NCBI GenBank assembly: GCA_963739295.1
Contig: CAVTZS010000010.1
Coordinates: 42,931 to 106,930 of the forward strand
Direction of reading: 5' to 3'
DNA from: an uncultured delta proteobacterium
GTDB taxonomy: Bacteria > Desulfobacterota > Desulfobaccia > Desulfobaccales > 0-14-0-80-60-11
DNA length: 64,000 nt
Within the stretch, counting starts at the first letter, position 1, and every line of letters starts with the position of its first letter. Below are positions 30,722 through 39,888 of this stretch, in pieces. Position numbers and translations under genes: made by a program. The notes below the pieces were generated by a model. That model had not been told where the DNA came from. It searched no databases and saw nothing but the letters and a program-made list of their open reading frames with translations.

Positions 30722-32002
30722 TTAACCTCTAAAGGGAGGGGGGGTGGGGGGAAGTGAGGCGGCCTCCGGGGATTCCAGTTCGGTGAAGGTAAAATGTCGC
30801 AATTCCGGATGCCTGAGCAATATCAGGCCGACGCTGAGGGCCGCGAGCAAGCTGCCCAGGGCTATGGTCGGCCCCGGTCCCAGGTAATGGGCCACCCCGC
30901 CGTAGAGCAGGCTACCTATGGGAGCCAAACCCATGACGATCAACCCGAACAGGCTCATGATGCGGCCCCGCAGTTCATCCGGCACGTTGAGCTGCAGCAG
31001 GCTGTTGCCGGTGGAGAGCTGGGTCACTATGCCAAATCCGGCCAGGAAGATAAAGATCAGGGCCAACAGGTAATTGCGGCATAAACTCAAACCTATTAGC
31101 CCCACGAAGAACAAGGCCAGGCCGACTAAAAAGGAGGGCATGGGAGGCCGGCGCGTCAGGCGGTAGGCCAGGGTGAGGCCTCCCAGCAGGGCCCCCAGGC
31201 CGCCGGTGGCGGTAAGGAGGCCGAAGCCCCGGGGGCCCACCCCCAGGGTGTCCCGGGCCAGAATGGGCAGCAGCACAAAGTAGGGCATGCCCAGGATCGC
31301 CACCACGCTCATGATTATTAGGATCAGCTTCAGTTCCTGGCGCTCCAGTAGATGATCCAGCATCTCCCGCCAGGCCTGCCGGAAGGGAGTCCAGGGCGCG
31401 GGTTGATAAGATGGCAAATGGACCAGGGCCAGGGCCAGGAGGACCGCCAGAAAGGAGGCGGCGTTCAGGAAGAAGCAATTGGCTAGGCCCACCTCGGCAA
31501 TGAGGATTCCCGCCACCGCCGGGCCCACCACCCGGGTGGCGTTGAACAGGGTGGAATTGAGGGCAATGGCGTTGGGCAGATCCGGTTTGCCCACCAGCTC
31601 CACGATAAAGGCCTGACGCACCGGGATATCGAAGGCCATGACCGTGCCCGCCAGAAAGACGATTACGCACAGCAGCCAGATATAGAGGACTTGCTCCACC
31701 ACCAGTACCCCCAGCACCAGGGCCAGGAGCATCAAGGCGCTCTGGGTAATAAAGAGCAAGCGCAGCTTGTGGGTATTGTCCGCCACTACCCCGGCCAGAA
31801 AGGAAAAGAGGAGCACCGGGAGGGTTTGCAAGGCCCCCACCAGTCCCAGATAAAAAGAGGAGTTGGTGAGCATCAGGACCAGCCAGCTGAAGGCCAGGGA
31901 CTGCATCCAGGAGCCGGTCAGGGAGATGGCCTGGCCGGCGTAAAAGAGGCGGAAATTGCGGTGGCGCAGGGCGGCAAAAGTCCCGAAGAGAAAGAAGTCC
32001 AT
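30722..32002 (-). CDS. MFS transporter
   Basis: ALRHRNFRLF, G.WMQ, ~12 TM, LRGRIMS. Confidence 0.92.
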   Translation of the reverse strand: MDFFLFGTFAALRHRNFRLFYAGQAISLTGSWMQSLAFSWLVLMLTNSSFYLGLVGALQTLPVLLFSFLAGVVADNTHKLRLLFITQSALMLLALVLGVLVVEQVLYIWLLCVIVFLAGTVMAFDIPVRQAFIVELVGKPDLPNAIALNSTLFNATRVVGPAVAGILIAEVGLANCFFLNAASFLAVLLALALVHLPSYQPAPWTPFRQAWREMLDHLLERQELKLILIIMSVVAILGMPYFVLLPILARDTLGVGPRGFGLLTATGGLGALLGGLTLAYRLTRRPPMPSFLVGLALFFVGLIGLSLCRNYLLALIFIFLAGFGIVTQLSTGNSLLQLNVPDELRGRIMSLFGLIVMGLAPIGSLLYGGVAHYLGPGPTIALGSLLAALSVGLILLRHPELRHFTFTELESPEAASLPPTPPPFRG

Positions 32003-32184
32003 GTCAGTGGCCGCAAAGTAAAAAATGTATAAAGTATTATTTTAAATAAAAGCTTGGACTGGTGCAATGTCTCCTTCCCCTGGAGCCGGGGGCAAGATGT
32101 TAGCTGCCCCACAGGGTTAAGACTTGACAAGGGCAGATGCCCGGCCTAATATTGTAGGGAATTTCTTGACTGCGAGCCGGAAAG

Positions 32185-32499
32185 GTGGCGATGATAGCCC
32201 TCAGCAACTTGCTCTCCGCGGTGGCCCAGATCTTACATCTGGCCTTACAGATCTATATGTGGCTCATCATTGCCCGGGCGCTGATCTCCTGGGTCAACCC
32301 CGACCCTTACAATCCCATTGTGAGGTTCTTATACAACGTCACCGAGCCGGTGTTGGGTTATATCAGGCGGTCTTTGCCCTCAGTCTTTGGCGGCCTGGAC
32401 CTTTCGCCCCTGGTGGTGCTGGCGGCCATCTTGTTGCTGGATTATTTCTTGGTTCAGACCCTCTTAGACTGGTCTTATAGTTTAAAGCAAGCCAGGTAG
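32185..32499 (+). CDS. yggT: YggT family membrane protein
   Basis: ISWVNPDPYNPIVRFL..VTEP, LDLSP. Confidence 0.9.
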   Translation: MAMIALSNLLSAVAQILHLALQIYMWLIIARALISWVNPDPYNPIVRFLYNVTEPVLGYIRRSLPSVFGGLDLSPLVVLAAILLLDYFLVQTLLDWSYSLKQAR

Positions 32500-32509
32500 C
32501 TCGCCTCCA

Positions 32510-32806
32510 GTGTCCACCTTTTTCCAGCCCACCTGCCAGGGGTATGTGCTGCGCCTGACGGTCGTGCCGGGGGCGCCGCGCACCGAGGTGGTGGGGCTCC
32601 ATGGCGATCGCCTCAAGGTCCGTCTGGCGGCTCCGCCGCAAAAGGGGGCTGCCAACCGGGAGATCCTTTCCTTCCTGGCCCGGCTCCTGAAGCTGCCCCA
32701 AAGTTCTCTCAGGCTCCTGGGCGGGGGCCGGAGCCGGGCCAAGGTGGTGGAAGTCCTGGACCTTTCCCCGGACCTGGGGGCCCGCCTTCAGAATCTGATT
32801 CCCTAA
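32510..32806 (+). CDS. DUF167/YggU family protein
   Basis: V.PGA, LKVRLAAPP.KGAAN, G..SR.K. Confidence 0.9.
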   Translation: MSTFFQPTCQGYVLRLTVVPGAPRTEVVGLHGDRLKVRLAAPPQKGAANREILSFLARLLKLPQSSLRLLGGGRSRAKVVEVLDLSPDLGARLQNLIP

Positions 32807-32935
32807 CCCCCCTAGACTACCCGGCCGGCTCATCCTTCTTACCCTGGCAGTGCCTTGACAAGAGGAGGATGGATGATAACTATTATGTCCAAATGATGCA
32901 GAGCATGGGTATCGGGATTCTCAGGGGAGTGGGTT

Positions 32936-33994
32936 TTGGGGATGGATGACTACTATGAGACCCTAGGAGTCCCCCGGAACGCCATCCTGGAGGAAATCAA
33001 AAGCGCCTATCGGCGGCTGGCCTTAAAGTACCATCCTGACAAGAACCCCGGAGATAAGGTGGCAGAGGAAGAGTTCAAGCGGGTCTCCGAAGCCTACCAG
33101 GTCTTATCCGATTCCGAAAAACGGCAACTCTATGACCTTTACGGCCATGCCGGTCTGGCCGGCCTGGACGTGGGGGGCTTTAGCGGCTTTGAGGATATCT
33201 TCGGCAGTTTCGGAGAGGTCTTTGAAGATTTCTTCGGCTTCGGGCGGCCACGGAGCCGCCGCAGCTGGGCCCAGCCCGGAGCCGACCTGCGCCACCGGGT
33301 AGTCCTGACCCTGGAACAGGTATTCCTGGGAGTGGACGCCGCCATCGACGTGGAACGCCGGGTCGGTTGCCCCCGGTGCGGCGGCCAAGGCCTGGAGCCC
33401 GGCACCCAGCCTCAGACCTGCCCGCGTTGCGGCGGTCGGGGTCAGGTGAGCCAGAGTAGAGGGCCCCTCAGGATCTTCACCACCTGCCCCGAGTGCCGGG
33501 GGGCCGGCAGCGTCATCTCCTCCCCCTGCATTACCTGCGGTGGCGCCGGCATGGTAAGGGAAAAGAAACAGGTGCAGGTGCGCATCCCCCCAGGGGTGGA
33601 TAGTGGCACCCGCCTGCGCCTCCGGGGGGAGGGAGAGGCGGGGAAATCGGGAGGTCCACCCGGCGATCTCTATATCGAAGTGCAGATGGCCCCGCACCCT
33701 CTCTTTACCCGCCATGGCCAAGACCTTTATTACCGGGCCCAACTTTCCTTCGTGGAATCCGCCCTGGGCAAGGAAATCCAAATTCCCACCCTTTCCTCCC
33801 CAACCCGCCTGCAAGTTCCTCCCGGAACCCAACCCGGGGCCAATTTTCGGCTTCCCGGAGAAGGCTTGCCCGGCCTGCGGGGCAAGGAGCGGGGCGACCT
33901 GGTGGTGGAAGTGGCCCTCAAGACCCCCACGCATCTTTCTCCCCAACAGGAAGAGCTTCTCAGGGAATTCCTCAAGCTGGAAGCAGCCGAGTAA
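32936..33994 (+). CDS. dnaJ: Chaperone DnaJ
   Basis: J domain HPD, G/F region, four CxxCxGxG repeats, C-terminal GDL motifs. Confidence 0.95.
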   Translation: MGMDDYYETLGVPRNAILEEIKSAYRRLALKYHPDKNPGDKVAEEEFKRVSEAYQVLSDSEKRQLYDLYGHAGLAGLDVGGFSGFEDIFGSFGEVFEDFFGFGRPRSRRSWAQPGADLRHRVVLTLEQVFLGVDAAIDVERRVGCPRCGGQGLEPGTQPQTCPRCGGRGQVSQSRGPLRIFTTCPECRGAGSVISSPCITCGGAGMVREKKQVQVRIPPGVDSGTRLRLRGEGEAGKSGGPPGDLYIEVQMAPHPLFTRHGQDLYYRAQLSFVESALGKEIQIPTLSSPTRLQVPPGTQPGANFRLPGEGLPGLRGKERGDLVVEVALKTPTHLSPQQEELLREFLKLEAAE

Positions 33995-34312
33995 AGGACG
34001 GTTTTCAAAGGACAGTTTTTTGTTTTCTGTTTTCGTGTAAAAAGACAGCAAAAATATAGAAATATTTGCCCTTGGGGCTATCTCTGTCCTTAATCTCATG
34101 AGTCAGTCCAGTAAAAGTGATAAGCCGGGGCCCGTAGCCCCGAGCTAAAGGAAGGTTTTCGGTTTTCGGTTTTCAGTTTTCGGTAAAAAAACCAGCAAGA
34201 ATATAGAGATATTTGCCCTTGGGGCTATCTCTGTCCTTAATCTCAGAGTCAGTCCATTAAAAGTGACCTAAGCCGGGGCCCAGCTAGCCGAGTAAAGGAC
34301 GGTTTTCGGTTT
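33985..34312. repeat. ~150-bp tandem direct repeat (2 units plus start of a third)
   Basis: AGCCGAGTAAAGGACGGTTTTC at 33985 and 34286 (variant ~34137); ATATTTGCCCTTGGGGCTATCTCTGTCCTTAATCTCA present twice. Confidence 0.85.
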
Positions 34313-34514
34313 GTCAGGTTTCGGTCTTCGGCCTAAACACCCAGCCCAAAAATCATTTTTGGCAATAATGTCAAGGCGGGCCACTCTAAATTAATAGTAA
34401 AGAAGCGGGGTTGTGCCGCAACTGTGCCGCTTCGGACCGCGGCTGATTTAGATTTAAGATGCTGTTTTTTCAGATTATTTCGCCAAAGGGCGGCGAAGTT
34501 GCGGAACATTGAGG

Positions 34515-34871
34515 TCAAGGCTTGTCGTTTAAGGAGAGGCGGAATCTCTCCTGGAGGGAGAGGAGGCGGATGGACTCGCGGAGGCAGCCGAGAGCGACGT
34601 GGAGGGAACGGGAATCGGCGGCGGTGTGGTAGAGACGGTCCAGGCGGACGGACAAGAGTTCCAGGTGGTCCAGGAGGGCTTGCTGTTGGGCCTGATGGGC
34701 ACGGTATTCCTGGATAGCCAACTCCTGCTTAAGGTGGCGGGTGTGGCGGCTGAGGGCCGAGGGGGAAAGGCCATATTGGGCGGCCAGGGGACGGTAAGAG
34801 AACCCGGCCAGGAGGGCGCGGTCGATCTCGGCGCGGGAGGGGTGGTTGCAGACGGAACAGCGTTGGTCCAT
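34515..34871 (-). CDS. Hypothetical CxxC-H / HTH protein (phage- or element-like)
   Basis: RCSVCNHPSRAEIDRAL..G.SYRPLAAQYGLSPSALSRH..H. Confidence 0.7.
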   Translation of the reverse strand: MDQRCSVCNHPSRAEIDRALLAGFSYRPLAAQYGLSPSALSRHTRHLKQELAIQEYRAHQAQQQALLDHLELLSVRLDRLYHTAADSRSLHVALGCLRESIRLLSLQERFRLSLNDKP

Positions 34872-35085
34872 TTAGAGGCGGTTTTCGGTTTTCAGTTTGC
34901 GGTTTTCGGTAAAAGAATAGGGTGAAAGGTTATCAGGAGAGGGGGCGGGGGGCCAGCACGGGTGGTATGGTTGGCAGTGAAAAAGGGGAAAAGGAAAAAG
35001 AGAAGTAATAATTGTAAATTTTTGACAATGGGTCGAATATTAAATAACATGGGGCTAATTTGAAGTTTTAGATGGGTGAAGAAGA

Positions 35086-35107
35086 CGGCGGGCAATGCCC
35101 GCCCTAC
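35086..35107. repeat. GTAG-type REP
   Basis: Reverse complement GTAGGGCGGGCATTGCCCGCCG. Confidence 0.65.
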
Positions 35108-35124
35108 GCTGGCTTGCTATCAAT

Positions 35125-35874
35125 TTATTCTCCTAATAATGCGAGGCCGATATGGATCAATCGGAAGGCAATAATGATAAGGCCAAAGCCACAAAGCAAG
35201 GAGATAATAATCCGCAACCACCCACCACTTGTAAAAAGAATAATAAAATAACCGATTGCAATGAAGACAAAAGCCATCAAAAACAAAAGATAGCCTGGCC
35301 ATCTCGGCTTCAAGCTTTCTGTACCCTGGCCATTGTTTTCATAACTGGCTTTTATACTTACTATGCACGAGAACAAGTTGGACAAATGAAAGAGGCGGTC
35401 AGGATAACAGGCGATCAATTTAGATTGGATCAACGGGCATGGATGGGGATCACTATCATGTCTGGACAATTCGAGGTTGGAAAACCAATGACTATCACTA
35501 TAAATTTTCAAAATACTGGCAAGACTCCAGCCAAAGAAATAACTAACGTTATGGTTGTTGAGCCATTGGAAGGAAATGCCGCTCCTGACTTTACTAGAGA
35601 ACAAATTGCATTTAAAGAAGGCAAGGGGCTTGCTACCCCCCAACAGAAAATTCATTCTTCTATGAAAGCCCCCGAGGAAAAACCTCTCACTGATGTTGGG
35701 TTTAAGAACGTCATTAATGGTAAAGTACGTATTTATATTCATGGTATTCTTGAGTATGACGACATATTTGGACATCATCATTGGATTACGTATTGTCATT
35801 ACCTCGCCACGGATGGAGAAAATTTTAATGCATACAAAGAACACAATGATACAGATAATAATTAGACGTCTCAT
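35125..35874 (-). CDS. Candidate antisense overlapping gene (249 aa)
   Basis: Stop-free across the whole sense gene; AAGGGGG-AAGAA-ATG; MRR plus hydrophobic N-terminus. Confidence 0.35.
   Translation of the reverse strand: MRRLIIICIIVFFVCIKIFSIRGEVMTIRNPMMMSKYVVILKNTMNINTYFTINDVLKPNISERFFLGGFHRRMNFLLGGSKPLAFFKCNLFSSKVRSGISFQWLNNHNVSYFFGWSLASILKIYSDSHWFSNLELSRHDSDPHPCPLIQSKLIACYPDRLFHLSNLFSCIVSIKASYENNGQGTESLKPRWPGYLLFLMAFVFIAIGYFIILFTSGGWLRIIISLLCGFGLIIIAFRLIHIGLALLGE
35152..35865 (+). CDS. Hypothetical membrane-anchored protein (AT-rich islet, paralog 1)
   Basis: One TM, then QRAWMGI, NTGKTPA, G.L.YDDIFG..H motifs shared with the neighbour; GAGG SD. Confidence 0.8.
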   Translation: MDQSEGNNDKAKATKQGDNNPQPPTTCKKNNKITDCNEDKSHQKQKIAWPSRLQAFCTLAIVFITGFYTYYAREQVGQMKEAVRITGDQFRLDQRAWMGITIMSGQFEVGKPMTITINFQNTGKTPAKEITNVMVVEPLEGNAAPDFTREQIAFKEGKGLATPQQKIHSSMKAPEEKPLTDVGFKNVINGKVRIYIHGILEYDDIFGHHHWITYCHYLATDGENFNAYKEHNDTDNN

Positions 35875-35903
35875 TTCTTCCCCCTTTTCGGGGGGATAGC
35901 ATC

Positions 35904-36752
35904 ATGCTGGAAAAAAGAACATTTTTCACTTTAATGGTCGTAGTCGCCGTAACGTTTTGCTATGTGCCACAATCAGAACCAAATGCCCAAGAGACCATGA
36001 CTTATGGTAAAAGCGAAGAGTTGCCCACAAATAATCGCACCCGCCAAGAAAATCCATCCGAGCAGGTTGGAACCATTCAACAGGTAGTTGATGCCGCTTC
36101 TCGCGCAAAGGAGGCAAGCACCGAGAAAACAAAGGCTAGCCAAAACTCTTCCCCACCAAATGATGCGCCGTGGTTGTTTCAGCTTCTTCTCACTATATTT
36201 ACTGGCGGCTTGGTGGTCGTTGGTGCGGTTCAATGCTATATTATTTTTAAAACCCTCAAGGAAACACAAAAGTCTGCTGATGCTGCTAAAGCAAGTGCTG
36301 ATGCCCTTCCAATTATGGAAAGGGCTTATATTTTCGTCGAAGTACGCCGCAAAGAAGAACTGAAAGAATTTGTTATTGGTCAAAACTTCTGTGAAATTGT
36401 GGTAATGAATGAAGGGAAAACTCCGGCCATTCGGAAATATATCAATAAATTTGCCAAGGTATTTGTATTGCCCTACACCATTCCGAAAATTCCATGCGTG
36501 CCTTATCCAAATATGCCGAGGATAGAAGAAATAATAGCTAGTAGAGACATAAGATTTATTGATGTCGAATTTACGCTCACTAAAGAAGAATTGGAGCATA
36601 TTAAATCCCGTAGAGCAACGCTGATTTGTATGGGGTGTATCCATTATGAGGATATTTTTGGAAAGCCCCATGAAACAGGTTTTTGTTGGTGGTATGAAGT
36701 TACCACTAATAATTTTTATTTCCTTGACGATCCCAATAATTACCGCACATAA
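35904..36752 (+). CDS. Hypothetical membrane-anchored protein (AT-rich islet, paralog 2)
   Basis: Signal-like N-terminus, TM, ERAYIFV, NEGKTPA, GCIHYEDIFGKPH. Confidence 0.8.
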   Translation: MLEKRTFFTLMVVVAVTFCYVPQSEPNAQETMTYGKSEELPTNNRTRQENPSEQVGTIQQVVDAASRAKEASTEKTKASQNSSPPNDAPWLFQLLLTIFTGGLVVVGAVQCYIIFKTLKETQKSADAAKASADALPIMERAYIFVEVRRKEELKEFVIGQNFCEIVVMNEGKTPAIRKYINKFAKVFVLPYTIPKIPCVPYPNMPRIEEIIASRDIRFIDVEFTLTKEELEHIKSRRATLICMGCIHYEDIFGKPHETGFCWWYEVTTNNFYFLDDPNNYRT

Positions 36753-36782
36753 AAGTATTATGAAAATAAATTGCCGCTTCAT
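35973..36782 (-). CDS. Candidate antisense overlapping gene (269 aa)
   Basis: Stop-free over ~260 codons of the sense gene; AAGGGGG-CAAAA-ATG; MKR plus hydrophobic N-terminus. Confidence 0.35.
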   Translation of the reverse strand: MKRQFIFIILLCAVIIGIVKEIKIISGNFIPPTKTCFMGLSKNILIMDTPHTNQRCSTGFNMLQFFFSERKFDINKSYVSTSYYFFYPRHIWIRHAWNFRNGVGQYKYLGKFIDIFPNGRSFPFIHYHNFTEVLTNNKFFQFFFAAYFDENISPFHNWKGISTCFSSISRLLCFLEGFKNNIALNRTNDHQAASKYSEKKLKQPRRIIWWGRVLASLCFLGACLLCARSGINYLLNGSNLLGWIFLAGAIICGQLFAFTISHGLLGIWF

Positions 36783-36837
36783 TTTTGCCCCCTTTTCGGA
36801 GGCGATTTCCCAAAAACCTTTATGTCAAGTTCTGGAT

Positions 36838-37225
36838 AATCCCTTTAGAAAAGGGGGGGATAAGAGGATGGCGGGCACTGAGGCCCGCCCCACCTGCACT
36901 AAGGCCTGCCCCACCCATGGTCTTAGCCCCACCATAGTCATGCCTTTGGCAGTCGTTCATGAGTCCTGCGGCTCTCCCGAACCTATGAAAAGTTCTCCCC
37001 CTCACCCCAGGCCTCTCCCCCGCGGGGAGAGGGGGCTAGGAACAAGGATTAAGATTCTTCGCTGCGCTCAGAATGACAAGAAAGACGGGGGAAGTCGGGG
37101 CTGAAGGCCCCGCCTTCCCCGGAAGCTTATGCGGGTTGGGAGGGGGGCTTGGGGGGAGGGCAGGGACCTCAGGTCCCTGGCCCTCCCCCCACACAATTAT
37201 CTAACTCTCCTGGCCCTCCCCCAAA
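36838..37225. repeat. Cluster of several palindromic repeat types
   Basis: GGCGGGCACTGAGGCCCGCCCCAC, CCCTCACCCCAGGCCTCTCCC..GGGGAGAGGG, GATTCTTCGCTGCGCTCAGAATGAC and GGGGGAGGGCAGGGACCTCAGGTCCC modules. Confidence 0.75.
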
Positions 37226-37237
37226 TCATTCTCATTC

Positions 37238-39232
37238 TCACCCAAACTTCAATTGCGCCTTTTCCAGGGTGCGGATCTGGTCCCGCAGGGAGGCGGCGCG
37301 TTCGAAGTCCAGCTTCCTGGCTGCGGCCTGCATCTCCTTTTTCAGGCGGGCGATTTGGGCCGGGGCGTCCTCCACCAGGTAGGGGAGTTGTTCCTCCGCG
37401 GCCAGGGGGATAGTGACGTAATCCTGCTCGTAGACCGAGGCCAGGATGTCTTTGATCTTGCTCTTTATGGTCTCCGGGGTGATGCCGTGGCGCTGGTTGT
37501 AGGCCTCCTGGAGGAGGCGGCGCCGGTTGGTTTCCCGAATGGCCGCGGCCATGGACGGGGTCACGTGGTCGGCGTAGAACAACACCTCCCCATGCAGGTT
37601 CCGGGCGGCCCGGCCGCAGGTCTGGATCAGGGAGCGCTCCGAGCGCAAAAAGCCTTCCTTGTCGGCATCCAACACGGCCACCAGGGAGACCTCCGGCAAG
37701 TCCAGGCCCTCCCGCAGGAGATTGATGCCGATGAGGACCTCGAAGACCCCCAGGCGCAGGTCCCGGATGATCTCCATGCGCTCCAGGGTGGTGATGTCGG
37801 AATGGAGGTAACGGACTTTCAGGCCCAGGTCCTGGTAATACTCGGTGAGGTCTTCGGCCATGCGCTTGGTGAGGGTGGTGACCAGGACCCGTTGGCCCTG
37901 CTCCAGGCGGGCCCGGATCTCGCCCAACAGATCGTCCACCTGGTGGGTGGCGGGTTTGACGCTGATTTGAGGATCCATCAGGCCGGTGGGCCGCACAATC
38001 TGCTGCACCACCCGGCCCCCGGCCTTTTCCATCTCGTAGGGCCCCGGAGTGGCGGAGACATAAACGAGCCGGGACACCCGGGTCTGAAATTCTTCGAAGC
38101 TCCACGGCCGGTTATCCAGGGCCGAGGGCAACCGGAAGCCGTAGTCCACCAGGGTCTGCTTCCGGGACCGGTCCCCCCGGTACATGCCCTGGAGCTGGGG
38201 GATGGAGATGTGGCTTTCATCGATGACCATCAGGGACTCCCGGGGCAGGTAGTCCAGGAGCGTGGGGGGCGGCTCCCCGGGGGCCCGGCCGGTGAGGTGG
38301 CGGGAGTAGTTCTCGATGCCGTGGCAGTAACCCAATTCCTTGAGCATCTCCAGGTCGAAGCGGGTGCGCTCTTCCAGGCGCTGGGCCTCCAGCAGCTTGC
38401 CCTGGGCCCGGAACCAGGGCAACCTCTCCTCCAGTTCCGCCTCGATGGCGGCCAGGGCCTGGGTGCGGCGCCAGTCCGGGGTGACATAATGGCTGGCCGG
38501 GTAGACGGTCACCCGTTTGAGCTGGCGCAGGGTCTGGCCCCTTAAGGGATCGATCTCCCGGATGGCCTCCACCGTATCTCCCCAGAATTCCACCCGGATG
38601 GCCCGGTCCTCTTCATGGGCCGGGAAGATTTCCACCCGATCCCCCCGCACCCGGAAGGTGCCCCGGTGAAAATCGAGGTCATTGCGCTCATAAAGGATCT
38701 CCACCAGCTTGGCCAGCACCTCCCGGCGCTTCTTCTCCGCGCCTTCCTCCAGGTAGAGGAGCATGCCGTGGTAGGCCTCGGGGGAGCCCAGGCCATAGAT
38801 GCAGGACACCGAGGCCACGATGATCACGTCCTGGCGCTCGAAGAGCGACCGGGTGGCGGAGTGGCGCATCCGGTCAATGGCTTCGTTGATGGAGGCGTCC
38901 TTTTCGATGTAGAGGTCGGCCTGGGGCACGTAGGCCTCGGGCTGATAGTAATCGTAGTAGGAGACAAAATACTCCACCGCGTTTTCCGGGAAGAACTCCT
39001 TGAACTCGCCGTAGAGCTGGGCCGCCAGGGTCTTGTTGGGGGCCAGCACCAGGGTGGGCAGATTGATCCGGGCGATGACATTGGCCATGGTAAAGGTCTT
39101 GCCCGAACCGGTGACCCCCAGGAGGACCTGATGGGGGTAGCCGGCCTGCACCCCGGCCGCCAGCTTGCTTATGGCCTGGGGCTGGTCGCCTTTGGGCTTG
39201 AAGGACGTGACTAGATGGAAACGGTCAGACAT
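37238..39232 (-). CDS. uvrB: Excinuclease ABC subunit B
   Basis: [46 protein letters not shown] domain. Confidence 0.98.
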   Translation of the reverse strand: MSDRFHLVTSFKPKGDQPQAISKLAAGVQAGYPHQVLLGVTGSGKTFTMANVIARINLPTLVLAPNKTLAAQLYGEFKEFFPENAVEYFVSYYDYYQPEAYVPQADLYIEKDASINEAIDRMRHSATRSLFERQDVIIVASVSCIYGLGSPEAYHGMLLYLEEGAEKKRREVLAKLVEILYERNDLDFHRGTFRVRGDRVEIFPAHEEDRAIRVEFWGDTVEAIREIDPLRGQTLRQLKRVTVYPASHYVTPDWRRTQALAAIEAELEERLPWFRAQGKLLEAQRLEERTRFDLEMLKELGYCHGIENYSRHLTGRAPGEPPPTLLDYLPRESLMVIDESHISIPQLQGMYRGDRSRKQTLVDYGFRLPSALDNRPWSFEEFQTRVSRLVYVSATPGPYEMEKAGGRVVQQIVRPTGLMDPQISVKPATHQVDDLLGEIRARLEQGQRVLVTTLTKRMAEDLTEYYQDLGLKVRYLHSDITTLERMEIIRDLRLGVFEVLIGINLLREGLDLPEVSLVAVLDADKEGFLRSERSLIQTCGRAARNLHGEVLFYADHVTPSMAAAIRETNRRRLLQEAYNQRHGITPETIKSKIKDILASVYEQDYVTIPLAAEEQLPYLVEDAPAQIARLKKEMQAAARKLDFERAASLRDQIRTLEKAQLKFG

Positions 39233-39275
39233 AATTATTAAATCGGCAGTTTATAAGATAACATTTTGGGGTAGT

Positions 39276-39505
39276 TTGGGGGAGGGGGAGAAGTAGGTTT
39301 GGGGGAGGGGGCTAAGGGCCGGTGGCCCTTACCCCCTCCCCCAAGCCCCCTCCCCCAAACCCATAAGGGGAAAAAGTTAGGCGGTGGGGCCAGGGCCAGC
39401 GGCCCTGCCCCCACCGCCCCATACCGGGTTGGGTGGGGGGTGTGGGGGGAGGGCAGGTAAGGGCGGTTCGCGAACCGCCCCTACGCCCCTGGCCCTCCCC
39501 CCACA
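39276..39505. repeat. Composite repeat with nested GTAG-like REP
   Basis: GGGGGAGGGGGCTAAGGGCC..GGCCCTTACCCCCTCCCC and GTAAGGGCGGTTCGCGAACCGCCCCTAC. Confidence 0.85.
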
Positions 39506-39514
39506 CTTAGCTTT

Positions 39515-39799
39515 CTACTTAGCCGCCATCAGTTTGTCGAATTCCTCCACGGTTACCGCGGGCGCGGTGCAGAAGGAGACGCCTGTCATTTTGCTCAGGC
39601 CCACCGAGGCCTGGATGGCCTGCTCCATCCCGGGCAGGTCCACGATGAGCAGCAGGTCGGCATGCCCTAGCATGGCGTACATGGCCGTGATTTTGCCGCC
39701 CAGGTTCTTGATGAAGTCCGCGGCCTTCTTGGTGCGCTGGGCGCTCATGCCCTTCAGGGCTTCCGCCGAGTATTTGCCGAACATCAAAAAGGTGGCCAT
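39515..39799 (-). CDS. GYD domain-containing protein
   Basis: MATFLMFGKYS, LGGKI..MYAMLGHAD. Confidence 0.85.
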   Translation of the reverse strand: MATFLMFGKYSAEALKGMSAQRTKKAADFIKNLGGKITAMYAMLGHADLLLIVDLPGMEQAIQASVGLSKMTGVSFCTAPAVTVEEFDKLMAAK

Positions 39800-39888
39800 A
39801 ATTAAATCCTCCTTTCCATTGGGTAATAGGTCTTTGGTTTACTACAAGAGGTTAAAGAAACTGTAATGGTACCGCCGGTTAAGGTTGG

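Noticed and set aside
32810-32935. CIRCE element upstream of dnaJ
   Set aside because: No TTAGCACTC-N9-GAGTGCTAA match
34240-34275. tRNA-Lys-like anticodon loop CTTTTAA on the minus strand
   Set aside because: No D arm, T arm (GTTCGA) or acceptor stem
33985-34312. CRISPR array
   Set aside because: The intervening sequences are copies of each other, ~130 bp long, and no cas genes are present
37253-38545. Long antisense ORFs over uvrB (likewise over ahbC, cysS, dnaJ, murA)
   Set aside because: Expected shadows of high-GC codon usage, which avoids TTA/CTA/TCA; no shared start signal, unlike the AT-rich islet
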